Shown here: positions 9,547 to 19,365 of the stretch, piece by piece
Numbering within the stretch: the stretch's first letter is position 1
How the letters are laid out: every line of letters begins with the position of its first letter
Source of the DNA: an uncultured Microthrixaceae bacterium
GTDB lineage: Bacteria; Actinomycetota; Acidimicrobiia; Acidimicrobiales; VFJN01
NCBI GenBank assembly: GCA_963727905.1
Contig: CAVSIC010000029.1
Location: forward strand, 2,953-66,952
DNA: 64,000 nt
Reading direction: 5' to 3'
The notes under the pieces: generated by a model
Databases searched by the model: none
What the model saw: the letters and a program-made list of their open reading frames with translations, nothing else
Told to the model about the DNA's origin: nothing
Position numbers and translations under genes: made by a program

Positions 9547-10630
9547 TCAGAGCAGGTGGCTGGCCACCTCGGCGAGGCCGTCGAGGTCGTGGACGTCGGT
9601 GGGCAGGAACGGCACCCGCACCACCGGCGCGGGCGCCACGGCTGCGGCGAGCCCGGCGAGGTGCTCCTCCTCGCGCGACGCCACGAGCTGGAAGTCGGCC
9701 AGGTTCCGGTACAGGCCGCCGAGGTCGGTGCCCTCGAGGGTCCGAGCCCGCTCCGCCGCGGCCTCGGCCAGCCCGTCGCCGAAGGACGGGTGCATGCGGT
9801 TCACGATGAGCGCCCGCACCGAGATGTCGGCCTCGGCGAGCTTGGTGGCGAAGTAGCTGGCCTCCTCGATGGTGTCCCGCCGGGGCGAGGCCACGAGCAC
9901 GAAGGCGGTGTCCGTCGTCGGACAGCAGGTGGAACACCGCCTCGGCCCGCTCGCGGAACCCCTGCTCCATGCCCTCGAAGGCCTGGAAGAACGCGATGGC
10001 GTCGTCGATCACCTCGGCGCCGACCACCTTGGCGACCGTGCGGAGGAACGTCTGCGCCGCGACGTTGACGGCCTTCACGATTCCCCGGCCGGGCGAGGTG
10101 ACCATGCGGAAGAGCCGGTGGTCGAGGAACTGCGACAGCCGGCGGGGGGCGTCGATGAAGTCGAGGGCGTTGCGGGTCGGCGGGGTGTCGACCACGACGA
10201 GGTCGAAGTCGGTGCTCTGGTGGAGCTCGTAGAGCTTCTCCATCGCCATGTACTCCTGCGTGCCCGACAGGGCCCCGGAGATGTTCCGGTAGAAGCGGTT
10301 CTGGAGGATGCGCTCGGCCTGCGCCGGGTCGGCGGCGTTGCCCGACCACGAGCTCGTCGAAGGTGCTCTTGGTGTCGAGCATCAGGGCCCACAGCTCGCC
10401 CGGCCACGGCCCGTCGATCTTGGCGGGGGTGCCGGTGAGGCCGTCGAGGCCGAGGGCGTCGGCGAGTCGCTTGGCCGGGTCGATGGTGACCACCACGGCG
10501 CGCGCGCCCGGACCGCGCCGCCTCGACCGCCAGCGCGGCCGCGGTGGTGGTCTTGCCCGACACCACCGGATCCGCAGCACACGAGGATCCGGCGCTGGTC
10601 GACGAGGTCCCGCAGGGTCGGCTCGCTCAC
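9547..10630 (-). pseudogene. ArsA/Get3-like ATPase (second of a pair), at least 4 frame changes
   Basis: Pieces in order:
- VSEPTLRDLVDQRRILVCCGSGGVG;
- KTTTAAALAVEAARSGRAR;
- AVVVTIDPAKRLADALGLDGLTGTPAKIDGPWPGELWALMLDTKSTFDELV;
- NAADPAQAERILQNRFYRNISGALSGTQEYMAMEKLYELHQSTDFDLVVVDTPPTRNALDFIDAP...;
- LVASPRRDTIEEASYFATKLAEADISVRALIVNRMHP.

The start overlaps the stop of the upstream ArsA-like gene. Confidence 0.85.
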
Positions 10631-11601
10631 ACGGCCTCCGGGAGCGCGGCGATCTCCGCGAGGAGCCGGTCGGCGAGCCCGTCGAGCTCCGCGGGCCCGA
10701 TCTCGGTGGTGAACACGAAGGGGAGGCGCAGCTGCGGCAGCGGGAGCTGGTCGGCCAGGCGGGACTGCTGCTCGGCCTGGAGCGCGGCCCGGTCGGCGCG
10801 GAACGAGGCGGCCGCCGCCAGCGCCTCGGCCTCGCCCTCGCGCAGCGTGACGCCCGCCGCCTCGGCTGCCGCGACCGGGTCCGCCCCGATGCCGGCGACC
10901 TCGTCGTAGCAGCCGTTGACGACGACGGGCCCGAGCCCGACGCCGACGCGGTCCTCGAGGTGGAAGGCGGTGTCGACGAGCTCGTTCACCGGCGTCTCCT
11001 CGGGCAGCGTGACGAGGACCACCCGGCAGCGCTCGTGGTCGGTGAGCATCTCCAGCACGTCTCGGGCCTGGGCGTTGATCGGGCCGACCGACACGGTGTC
11101 GAGCAGGGCGCGGGCGGCCTGCAGGAAGGTGATGGCGTGACCGGCCGCCGGGGCGTCGAGCACGAGGAGGTCGACGTCCGCGGCCCGCTCGAGCGACTTC
11201 ACCTTGCCGAGGATGAGGATGTCCTTGATCCCGGGGGCGGCGGTGGCCACCACGTCGAGGGCGCCCGACGACACGAGCCGCCGCGAGATCCGGGACAGCC
11301 CGTGGTCCTGGAGGTACTCGAGCAGGGCTTCGTCGGGGGTGAGCGCCCGGGCCCGGACCTCTCCCTCGGCCGCGGGTCCGCCCCCGGCCGACAGGATGAC
11401 CTCCTCGTAGTCGAGGACCCCCTGGCCGAACATCGTGGGCAGGCCGGACTTGCCCTCGACCTCGATCACGAGGCTGGACAACCCGGTGCGGGCGGCCGCC
11501 CGGGCCAGGGCCGCGCTCACCGCGGTTTTGCCGACACCGCCCTTCCCGGCCACGATGACGAGCCGCGATGCTCCGAAGAACCGAGCGGGATCCACGCTCA
11601 A
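10627..11601 (-). CDS. ArsA/Get3-like ATPase (first of a pair), intact
   Basis: This 324-aa ORF carries the deviant Walker A motif in LVIVAGKGGVGKTAVSAALARAAA, plus DLLVLDAPAAGHAITFL and VVLVTLPEETPVNELVDTAFHLEDRVGV. Confidence 0.85.
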   Translation of the reverse strand: MSVDPARFFGASRLVIVAGKGGVGKTAVSAALARAAARTGLSSLVIEVEGKSGLPTMFGQGVLDYEEVILSAGGGPAAEGEVRARALTPDEALLEYLQDHGLSRISRRLVSSGALDVVATAAPGIKDILILGKVKSLERAADVDLLVLDAPAAGHAITFLQAARALLDTVSVGPINAQARDVLEMLTDHERCRVVLVTLPEETPVNELVDTAFHLEDRVGVGLGPVVVNGCYDEVAGIGADPVAAAEAAGVTLREGEAEALAAAASFRADRAALQAEQQSRLADQLPLPQLRLPFVFTTEIGPAELDGLADRLLAEIAALPEAV

Positions 11602-12895
11602 CCTTCCTGACCGGGATCGAACCGGCCGACTCGACCTGCGGACGGACGCGCCCGAGGCTATCCAGGCTCGTCGCGGCCACCGTGCTGCTGGTCCTGGCGC
11701 TGGTGTCCCTGGCCGACGGGGCCCAGGCCGCCGGCACCCCCGGCCACGTGGCGGTGATCGAGGTCAGCGGGCTCCTCGACCGGGTTCTGGTGGACTTCGT
11801 GGAGACCCAGCTCGAGGAGGCCGAGGCCGAGGGCGCCATCGCCCTGGTCCTCCAGCTCAACAGCAAGGGCTCGGTGGTCGACGACGACCGCCTCGAGGCC
11901 CTGGTGAAGCGCATCGAGGCCGCCGCGGTGCCCGTCGACGTCTGGGTCGGTCCCTCCGGGAGCCGGGCCACGGGTGACGCCACCCGCGCTGCTGACCGCC
12001 GCCCGCCGCGTGGGCGTGCCGCCCGGCAGCCGGGTGGAGCTGACCAAGGCGCTCCTCGGCGACCAGCCCCTGCAGGGCAAGGCCGCCGTGGGGGACGACA
12101 TCACCGGCGAGACCGCGGTCGACCTCGGCGTCGTCGACACGGACGCCCCGACCATCGGCGACTTCCTCCTCGACCTCCCCGGTGTGGAGAGCAAGGTCGT
12201 CGGCCGGGGCGAGGACCGCGCACCGCGAACCGGTCACCCAGGCCCGGTTCGGCCAGCTCCCCCTCACGGGACAGCTCCTCCACACCGTGGCCAGCCCGCC
12301 GGTGGCCTACCTGCTGTTCGTCATCGGCCTGGCCCTGCTCGTCTTCGAGCTGTTCACCGCCGGCGTCGGCGTGGCCGGGCTCGTGGGGGCCGGCGCACTG
12401 GTCCTGGGCTCGTACGGCCTGGCCGCCCTCCCCACCGAGCCGTTCGCCGTCGGCCTGCTGCTCCTCGCCATGTTCGGCTACGCGATCGACGTCCAGACCG
12501 GCGTCCCCCGGGTGTGGAGCGGCATCGCCACCGTCGCCTTCGTCACCGGCTCGGTGCTGCTCTACGACGGCCTGTCGCTGTCGTGGGTCACGCTGCTGGT
12601 GGCCATCGTCGGGATGAGCCTGGCGATGCTCGCCGGCATGCCGGCGATGGTCCGGGTGCGCTTCTCCACCCCCACCATCGGGCGGGAGTGGATGGTCGGC
12701 GAGGTCGGCAGCGCCCGCACCGAGGTGGACCCCGACGGCGTGGTCCTCGTCCGCGACGCCCCCTGGCGGGCCCGCACGAGCCGGGTCACCCCGATCGCCG
12801 CGGGTGACCCGATCCGCGTCGTCTCGATCGACGGCCTCCTGCTCGAGGTCGAGCCGATCGACACCAAACCGACCAGTCGACGCGGATCCCGCTAG
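11568..12895 (+). pseudogene. NfeD-family membrane-bound ClpP-class protease, frame changes at ~11975 and ~12230; start uncertain (ATG 11568 or GTG 11681)
   Basis: Signal-like LVAATVLLVLALVSLADGAQA is followed by HVAVIEVSGLLDRVLVDFVETQLEEAEAEGAIALVLQLNSKGSVV. Next comes the hydrophobic block VAYLLFVIGLALLVFELFTAGVGVAGLVGAGALVLGSYGLAAL. The C-terminal barrel reads GREWMVGEVGSARTEVDPDGVVLVRDAPWRARTSRVTPIAAGDPIRVVSIDGLLLEVEP. Confidence 0.8.
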
Positions 12896-12985
12896 AGCTA
12901 CAGCTGCTCTGCTCGACGGCGAAGCCGTCGGTGTAGGTAGATCCTGGAGCCACCTACGGATCCCATTGATGGAATTTGGAGGGTC

Positions 12986-13030
12986 GTTCCGCTGGTCATC
13001 TGGCAGCGGAACGCCCGGAAAACCGGGCGT
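12986..13030. other. two adjacent, mutually overlapping hairpins in the nfeD-whiB spacer
   Basis: Hairpin 1 is GTTCCGCTG (12986-12994) / CAGCGGAAC (13004-13012). Hairpin 2 is ACGCCCGG (13011-13018) aaaa CCGGGCGT (13023-13030). The CCGGGCGT word recurs near 13108. Confidence 0.4.
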
Positions 13031-13146
13031 GCACCCCTCCTGACCTGCGGTTGGACCCCCGGTATCCCGGGTGATCTACCGGGAATTGCCCCTTGTTTCG
13101 CCCAAAACCCGGGCGTATGGTCCGCGTTCGAAAGGGGGGAGCCGCG

Positions 13147-13410
13147 ATGAGCGCACAGCGTGTCGATGAGGTCTGGCAGGTCAAGGCTGCGTGCCGGGGG
13201 CCGCAGGCTGAGGTCTTCTTCCCGCCCTCGCACTTCGAGCGCAAGGACGAGAAGCTCGACCGGGAGCACCGGGCCAAGGGCATCTGCCAGTCGTGTGCGG
13301 TGCGCCAGCCGTGCCTGGCCTACGCCATCCGCATCCGCGAGCCCCACGGCATCTGGGGTGGCCTCAACGAGGTCGAGCGCAAGCAGGTCTCCGGCCAGCG
13401 GGCCAACTAG
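13147..13410 (+). CDS. WhiB-family (Wbl) Fe-S transcription factor
   Basis: MSAQRVDEVWQVKAACRGPQAEVFFPPSHFERKDEKLDREHRAKGICQSCAVRQPCLAYAIRIREPHGIWGGLNEVERKQV has four Cys in the Wbl pattern (C-x-n-C-x2-C-x5-C). It also has the G[IV]WGG turn and a basic tail. Confidence 0.9.
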   Translation: MSAQRVDEVWQVKAACRGPQAEVFFPPSHFERKDEKLDREHRAKGICQSCAVRQPCLAYAIRIREPHGIWGGLNEVERKQVSGQRAN

Positions 13411-14199
13411 CTCCTCGGTTCTACCAGCAGCGACTGCAGCGACCGACCGAGCGGCCCGGCCTCGTCCCAGAGCGCGCTCTCGGCGAGGCCGACGCCGTGG
13501 CCCTCGAGGCGTGACACGGCATCGAGGCACACCCACTCCCCGACCGGCAGCCGGTGCAGGTGCACCGTCAGGTCAGGGTTGATGAACAGCGTGGTGTCGA
13601 AGTCGGTCAGTCGACTGACGCCGTTGCCGAAGTCGGCGGCGGCCAGCACCCGCTGGAACGGGCTGATCGGCTCGTCGTCGATGACCGGCCCGCGCAGGCG
13701 GATCCAGTCGGTGGCCGGGCCCGACGCGATCGAACGAACCCCGCACGAAGCGGTGTTCGACGCCCACGTTGTGGAAGGCGTCGTAGTCGACCGTGGTCGA
13801 CACGCTGCCCCGCGACGCCGCGTCGACACCGGTGGGGGGCGGCGGGGGCGCCTCGGCTGGTGGCGCCGGCACGACGACCTCGGCCCGCCGGATCCCCAGC
13901 ACCGTGGCGGTGGCCACCACGGTGCCGTCCTCGCTGGCGATCTGGGCTGAGACGAGGCGCACCTTGCGCCCCGGGCGGCTCAGGGCCGCGGTGACGCGCA
14001 GCGGCGCCACCGGCACGGGCCGCAGGAGCTCGATCGTGGCCCGCGCGGGGTGCAGATCGTCGAGCAGACGCTCTGCCGCGCCACCCAGCAGGGCCGCCAC
14101 CGGGCCGCCGTGCAGGGAATCGGGTGACCAGGGGCCCCGGGACGGGGTGCCGGGGAGGACCAGGTCGGCGTCGAGACGGGAGAACAGCGCGTCGGCCAT
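13407..14199 (-). pseudogene. hotdog-fold acyl-CoA thioesterase-like protein, one frame change at ~13740
   Basis: MADALFSRLDADLVLPGTPSRGPWSPDSLHGGPVAALLGGAAERLL...RLVSAQIASEDGTVVATATVLGIRR...DAFHNVGVEHRFVRGSF is followed in another frame by ATDWIRLRGPVIDDEPISPFQRVLAAADFGNGVSRLTDFDTTLFINPDLTVHLHRLPVGEWVCLDAVS. Confidence 0.7.
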
Positions 14200-14240
14200 G
14201 GCCACGGAGGCTACGGCCCACCTCACGAGCTCTCGTGGGT

Positions 14241-14858
14241 TCAGCGGGCGATGGCGACCTCGTCGGGGACCGGACGGAGGGCCCGCTCGGCGAGGATCTC
14301 GTCGACCAGGCCGTACTCGACCGCCGCCTCGCCCCGCAGGATGTGGTCGCGGTCGAAGTCGGCGATGATCCGCTCCCGGGGCTGGCCGGTGGCGCGCTCC
14401 AGCACGTCGACCATGCGCTCGCGCATCTCGACCATCTCCCGCACCTGGATCTCGATGTCGGTGGACTGGCCCTGGGCCCCGCCATGGGGCTGGTGGATGA
14501 GGACGCGGGCGTTGGGCAGGGCGTAGCGCATGCCCGGCTCGCCCGCCGCCAGCAGCACCGCGGCCGCCGATGCCGCCTGGCCCACGCACATCGTCGCGAC
14601 CGGCGGGCGGAGGAACCGCATGGTGTCGAGGATCCCGAAGAAGGCGATCATGTCGCCGCCCGGGCTGTTGATGTACAGGTTCACGGGCTTCTCGGGGTCC
14701 TCGCCCTCGAGGAAGAGGAGCTGGGCGATCACGAGGTTGGCCGAGGCGTCGTCGATGGCGGTGCCGAGGAACACGATCCGCTCGCGCAGCAGCCGGGACC
14801 AGATGTCGTAGGCCCGGTCGCCCTTCGACGTGGACTCCAGCACGGTGGGGATGAGCAC
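14241..14858 (-). CDS. clpP: ATP-dependent Clp protease proteolytic subunit
   Basis: [106 protein letters not shown]...VLIHQPHGG...DFDRDHIL has the Ser/His/Asp triad context present. AGGAGG lies 4 nt upstream of the GTG at 14858. The ORF track's longer 14945 start looks like an overextension. Confidence 0.92.
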
Positions 14859-14874
14859 GACGCCTCCTGGTATG

Positions 14875-14939
14875 TGCAACTGGTTGGTTGCATGTGGAGC
14901 GTACGGCGACGCGATCCCGATCGCAACCGTAGAGTTGCG
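14875..14939. promoter_or_regulatory. two GCAAC-N6-GTTGC inverted repeats in the clpP / SRPBCC-ArsR divergent spacer
   Basis: The repeats are TGCAAC tggttg GTTGCA (14875-14892) and CGCAAC cgtaga GTTGCG (14922-14939). Their centres are about 47 bp apart. Confidence 0.4.
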
Positions 14940-14965
14940 CCTCATGGACGCCGATCGAACGCCAC

Positions 14966-15376
14966 GTGACCCTCCCCACCGACCTCGACGAGGCCTGGGA
15001 CCTCCTCACCCGGCCGGACGACCAGGCCGGCTGGCTCGGCGCCGAGGTCGAGCTCGACCCCACGCCCGGGAGCCACGGGCTCGTCGTGGACCACGACGGC
15101 ACCCGCCGGCACCTCGAGGTCGAGTCGCGTCGAGGCAGGTCGCACGCCTCGCCTGGCGCTGGTGGGTCGAGGGCGACGAGGCCGGCGCGAGCGAGGTGGA
15201 GATCACCCTCACCCCGGACCTCGACGGCACCGTCGTGCACGTGGTCGAGCGCCCGCTGGCGCCGGTCGCCTCCGCCCGCGCCTCCGCGCGTGGCCTCCGC
15301 TTCGTCCTCGGCCTGGTCGCACCGGCTCCTCCACCTCGAGGCGCTCCTGCTGGTGGCGGCGGCCGTCCGAGGGTGA
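14966..15376 (+). pseudogene. SRPBCC (AHSA1/START-like) domain protein, frame changes at ~15130 and ~15310
   Basis: [53 protein letters not shown] is followed by LAWRWWVEGDEAGASEVEITLTPDLDGTVVHVVERPLAP, then WSHRLLHLEALLL. The stop overlaps the start of the following ArsR gene, which is the usual SRPBCC-ArsR pairing. Confidence 0.65.
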
Positions 15377-15714
15377 CCCGGGCGTCGGACCCCGACGTCG
15401 CCGCCGGAGCCGTCTTCGCCGCGCTGAGCGACCCGACCCGTCTGGCCGTCCTACGGGAGGTGGCCGAGCACGGCCCCATCACCGCCACCGAGCTGGCCGG
15501 AGGCCTCCCGGTCAGCCGGCAGGCGGTGGCCAAGCACCTCGCCGTCCTCCAGGACGCCGGGCTCGTGACCCCGGCCCGATCGGGGCGCGAGAACCGCTTC
15601 TCCGCGTCCACCGCGCCACTGGCCGAGGCCGAGCGGTGGCTGGCGGACGCCGGAGCCGCCTGGGACGACCGGCTCGACCGGCTGGCCGCGCTGGCGCGTC
15701 GTACGCCCCGGTAG
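15373..15714 (+). CDS. ArsR/SmtB-family winged-helix regulator
   Basis: AVFAALSDPTRLAVLREVAEHGPITATELAGGLPVSRQAVAKHLAVLQDAGLVTPARSGRENRFSAS is ArsR/SmtB-like. The gene forms a GTGA start/stop overlap with the SRPBCC gene. Confidence 0.85.
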   Translation: MTRASDPDVAAGAVFAALSDPTRLAVLREVAEHGPITATELAGGLPVSRQAVAKHLAVLQDAGLVTPARSGRENRFSASTAPLAEAERWLADAGAAWDDRLDRLAALARRTPR

Positions 15715-15738
15715 CCCACGGGCGATGATGAGCAGGTC

Positions 15739-17911
15739 ATGCGCCGCCCCCTGAAGCTCGTCGCCGCCATGGCCCTGATCGTGGTGGTCACGCCGGTGAC
15801 CGCCGCCGGCGTGATGCTCGCGTCGTACCTGTTCCTCCCCCTGCCCGCGAACCTGCCGGAGCGGAGCGCGCACCAGACCGCCCAGATCAGCCGCGTGTAC
15901 GACGCCGCCGGCAACGAGATCGGCACCTTCAAGCAGTTCGAGACGTCCATCCCGATCGCGCCCGAGGACATGCCCGAGATCCTCAAGCAGGCCGTGGTCG
16001 CGGCCGAGGACCGGAGCTTCTACTCCCACGGCGGCGTGGACCTCCGGGGCACGCTCCGCGCCCTGGTGAACGACCTGCGCGACCACGAGGCCGCGCAGGG
16101 CGGCTCCACCATCACCCAGCAGCTCGTGAAGATCACCACCGACAACGGCAGGGAGAAGTCGGTCCTCCGCAAGATCCGCGAGGCCGTGCTGGCCAGCCAG
16201 CTCGACCGGTCGATGGACAAGTCGGAGATCCTCTTCGAGTACATCTCCAACGTGTACCTGGGCGAGGGTGCCTACGGCGCTCCCGCCGCCGCGCAGACCT
16301 ACTTCCGCAAGCCGGTGCAGGAGCTCACCGTCTCGGAGGCGGCGATGCTCGCCGGCCTGATCCCGGCGCCGAGCCGCTACAGCCCTCGCGTGCCGATCGG
16401 AGGCGGCCGAGGAGAAGCGGAAGATCGTCCTCGGCGCGATGCTCGAGCTCGCACGCCATCGACCAGCCCACCTACGACGCCGCCATCGCCGAGACGGTGT
16501 GGCTGGCCGCCAACGGGCCGCCCCCCGGTCCGGCCACGGTCGTGTACCCGGCCGAGACCCAGCAGTCGTCGGAGCCGTTCTTCACCGACTACGTCCGCAA
16601 GTGGCTCGAGGCGCACCTCCCCGGCGGGCGTCAGCAGCTGTACCAGGGCGGGCTGCGGATCGAGACCACCCTCGACCCGGACCAGCAGGCCGCCGCCCGG
16701 CAGCAGGTCGCCGACTTCCTGAAGGGCACGCAGCCCGACCTCCGAGCCTCGCTCGTCGCGGTCGAGCCGCCGACCGGCTTCGTGCGGGCGTTCATCTCCG
16801 GTGGCGGCGACTTCGCCACCGACCAGGTCAACTACGCGCTCGGCGGGAAGAGCGCCGGCGGCGTGACCGGAGGCGGCTCCGGCCGGCAGCCTGGCTCCGC
16901 GTTCAAGCCCTTCGTGCTGGCCCAGGCGCTGACCGACGGCATCACCCCGGAGACCCGCTTCTCCGGCGCTCCCCACGACGTCACCGAGCCCTGTGGCAAG
17001 GACGCCAAGGGGAACAACGTCGTGCTGAAGAACTACGGCGGCGCGAGCTACGGCACCATCGACCTGCGCGAGGCCACCTGGAAGTCCGTCAACACCGTGT
17101 ACACCCGGCTCATCCTCGAGGTGGGCGTGGACAAGGTCATGGGGCTGTCCAAGGAGATGGGCCTCACCAGCGTGCGGGACTACGAGCCCGGCAAGTACTG
17201 CGCGTCGATCGCGCTCGGCGGCGAGTCCGTCTCACCGCTCGACATGGCGTCGGCCTACGGCGTGTTCGCCAACCGCGGCGAACGGGCCGAGCCCACGCCC
17301 GTGCTGCGGGTGACCGACCGCGACGGCAACGTGATCATCGACAACGCCGAGCCCGCCGACGACACGGATCCTCAAGGCAGGACGTGGCCGACAACGTCAC
17401 GAGCATCCTCCAGGGCGTCCTCGAGTCGCGGCACCGCCGCCGGCCGCGGCCTCGGCGCCCGCCCGGCCGCCGGCAAGACCGGCACCACCGAGGACAACAA
17501 GGACGCCTGGTTCGTCGGCTACACCCCCACGCTGTCGACGGCGGTGTGGATGGGCTACCAGAACGCCCCGGGCACCGGGACGAAGTACCTGACGGGCATC
17601 AAGGGCGTGCGGTTCGGTCACCGGCGGCACGCACCCGGCCCGGATCTGGCAGGCCTTCATGACCAAGGCGCTGCGAGAGGTGCCGATCACCGCAGTTCAC
17701 CGAGCCGGCCCCGATCCTCGCCGTGCCCGACGCGGCGAAGCGGCGGCAGCGCAACGGCTTCGAGCCGGGGGCCCGCCAGCTCCCCAGCGACCCCGGGGAG
17801 GGCGGGCCCTACATCGAGGCGCCGGTGGCACCGATCCCGGAGTCACCGACCACGACCGAGCTCCCCAGCACGACCACCACCCTCCCGGGCGGCGGCGGCA
17901 TCTTCGGCTGA
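15739..17911 (+). pseudogene. class A penicillin-binding protein (transglycosylase + transpeptidase), at least 6 frame changes
   Basis: The GT51 motifs are VVAAEDRSFYSHGGVDLRGTLRALV, GGSTITQQLVK and RKIREAVLASQLDRSMDKSEILFEYISNVYLGEGAYG. The transpeptidase motifs are RQPGSAFKPFVLAQAL (SxxK), NYGGASYG and AAGKTGTTEDNKDAWFVGYTP (KTG). The frame changes lie near 16392, 16458, 17365, 17425, 17615 and 17690. The tail reads ...LPGGGGIFG. Confidence 0.9.
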
Positions 17912-17939
17912 CGGCTGGCGCCCGGCTAGCTGAAGCTCC

Positions 17940-18855
17940 CTAGCCCGGCTGCGCGGACCCGTCGGGGCAGCGGATGACCTTGGCGCAGGCGTTGCGGATC
18001 GGCACGCCGAAGAAGACGGCCTCCGGCGAGAAGCCGAGCGGGGCGTAGGCCCGGCTGGCGGCGCCGAGCACCTCGCCGTCGGAGTTGAGCAGCGGCCCGC
18101 CCTGGAACGCGGCGCCCACGGGGGCGTCGTGCTGGATGCCCTCCGCGGACACGCCGGCCACGAATCCCTGGCTGATCGAGCCCCCGGCCGCGCCGAGCCC
18201 CGACACGACGAACACGCGGTCGCCGATGCCGACGGGCGGGTCGGTCGGCGCCCACTTGAGCGAGGCGAGGCTGGGCTTGTCGACCGAGATGAGCGCGAGG
18301 TCGTTCGGCGGGTCCCAGGCGGCCAGGGTGCCCTGCACCGTCCTCCTCGTCCTTGCGGAGCGTGATGTTCGGCGCCGGCTTGGCGGTGGCGGCTCGCACG
18401 GTGGTGAACGACGTGAGCAGGAACGACTGCTCGTTGTCCGAGAACACCACGAACGCCGAGCCCACCGACGGCGCCCCGGCCTCGTCGAGGGTCTGCACGA
18501 ACCACACCGAGGCCTTGACCTTCTCGAGCAGGCCGCTGAGCGTCTCGCCGCTGGCCGCGAACCTCTGCAGGTCGTCGAGCTGGAGCTGCACCTGGCCGAT
18601 GGCGTCGTCGCGCTCCTCGTCGATCTTGTCGAGGGCCTCGTCGACGGCGGCGCCGAAGCCGACCTCGAACGCGTCGACCCGGTCGTCGGTCTTGCCGAGC
18701 CGGTACTCGTAGTAGGCGTAGAGGATCGCCCCGCTGAAGGCGGAGCCGATGCTCATGCAGAACAGGAGCATCGCCATGCCGAGCGCCGTCTTGGGCAGCC
18801 GGCTGCGCAGGTCACGGCTCCTCGGCGACGCCGTTCCCGGGTCCTCGGTCGCCAT
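17940..18855 (-). pseudogene. membrane-anchored trypsin-like (S1C/HtrA-fold) protein with degenerate catalytic residues; one frame change at ~18340
   Basis: The TM helix is ALGMAMLLFCMSIGSAFSGAILYAYY. After a coiled region comes GSAFVVFSDNEQSFLLTSFTTV (the His position is Thr). This is followed by DLALISV (Asp kept) and IQHDAPVGAAFQGGPLLNSDGEVLG, where GNSGGP is replaced by AFQGGP. Confidence 0.75.
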
Positions 18856-18889
18856 CGGGGGAACGGTAGTCCGGCTGTAGGCTGCGTCG

Positions 18890-19365
18890 ATGTTCGTCGT
18901 GCTGCTGCTGCTCTTCGTGGTGGCACCGCTGGTCGAGCTCTACGTCATCGTCCAGGTGGCCCACGGCGTCGGCGCCCCCGAGACGATCCTCCTGCTGTTC
19001 GCCATCAGCGTGGTCGGGGCGTGGCTGGCGAAGCGCCAGGGCATCGCCGTCCTGCGGCGGATGCAGACCACCGTGGCCGAGGGCAAGGTGCCGTCGCGCG
19101 AGATCGTCGACGGGGCCCTCGTGCTGTTCGCCGCCGCCCTCATGATCGCCCCCGGCTTCCTCTCCGACGCCTCGCGATCCTGCTGCTCCTCGCCGCCGAT
19201 CCGGGCGCTCGTGCGCACCTCGATCCTCCGGCGCATCCGCGCCGGCGGGCTGGTCGCCACGCGTGATCACCGGGTCGGGTCGACGAGCGGCCGACGGGAC
19301 GTGGGACGTCGACAGCTGGGAGGACCCGCCCAGCGCTCCCGGGCGGCCGCGAGCTCGGACCATGA
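18890..19365 (+). pseudogene. fxsA: FxsA-family membrane protein; compensated double frame change at ~19170/19192 and uncertain 3' end
   Basis: MFVVLLLLFVVAPLVELYVIVQVAHGVGAPETILLLFAISVVGAWLAKRQGIAVLRR...LVLFAAALMIAPGFLSDA-[SRSCCSS as written; LAILLLL in the shifted frame]-PPIRALVRTSILRRI. The tail then needs another frame to reach a stop (cca TGA at 19363-19365, overlapping the next ATG). Confidence 0.75.
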
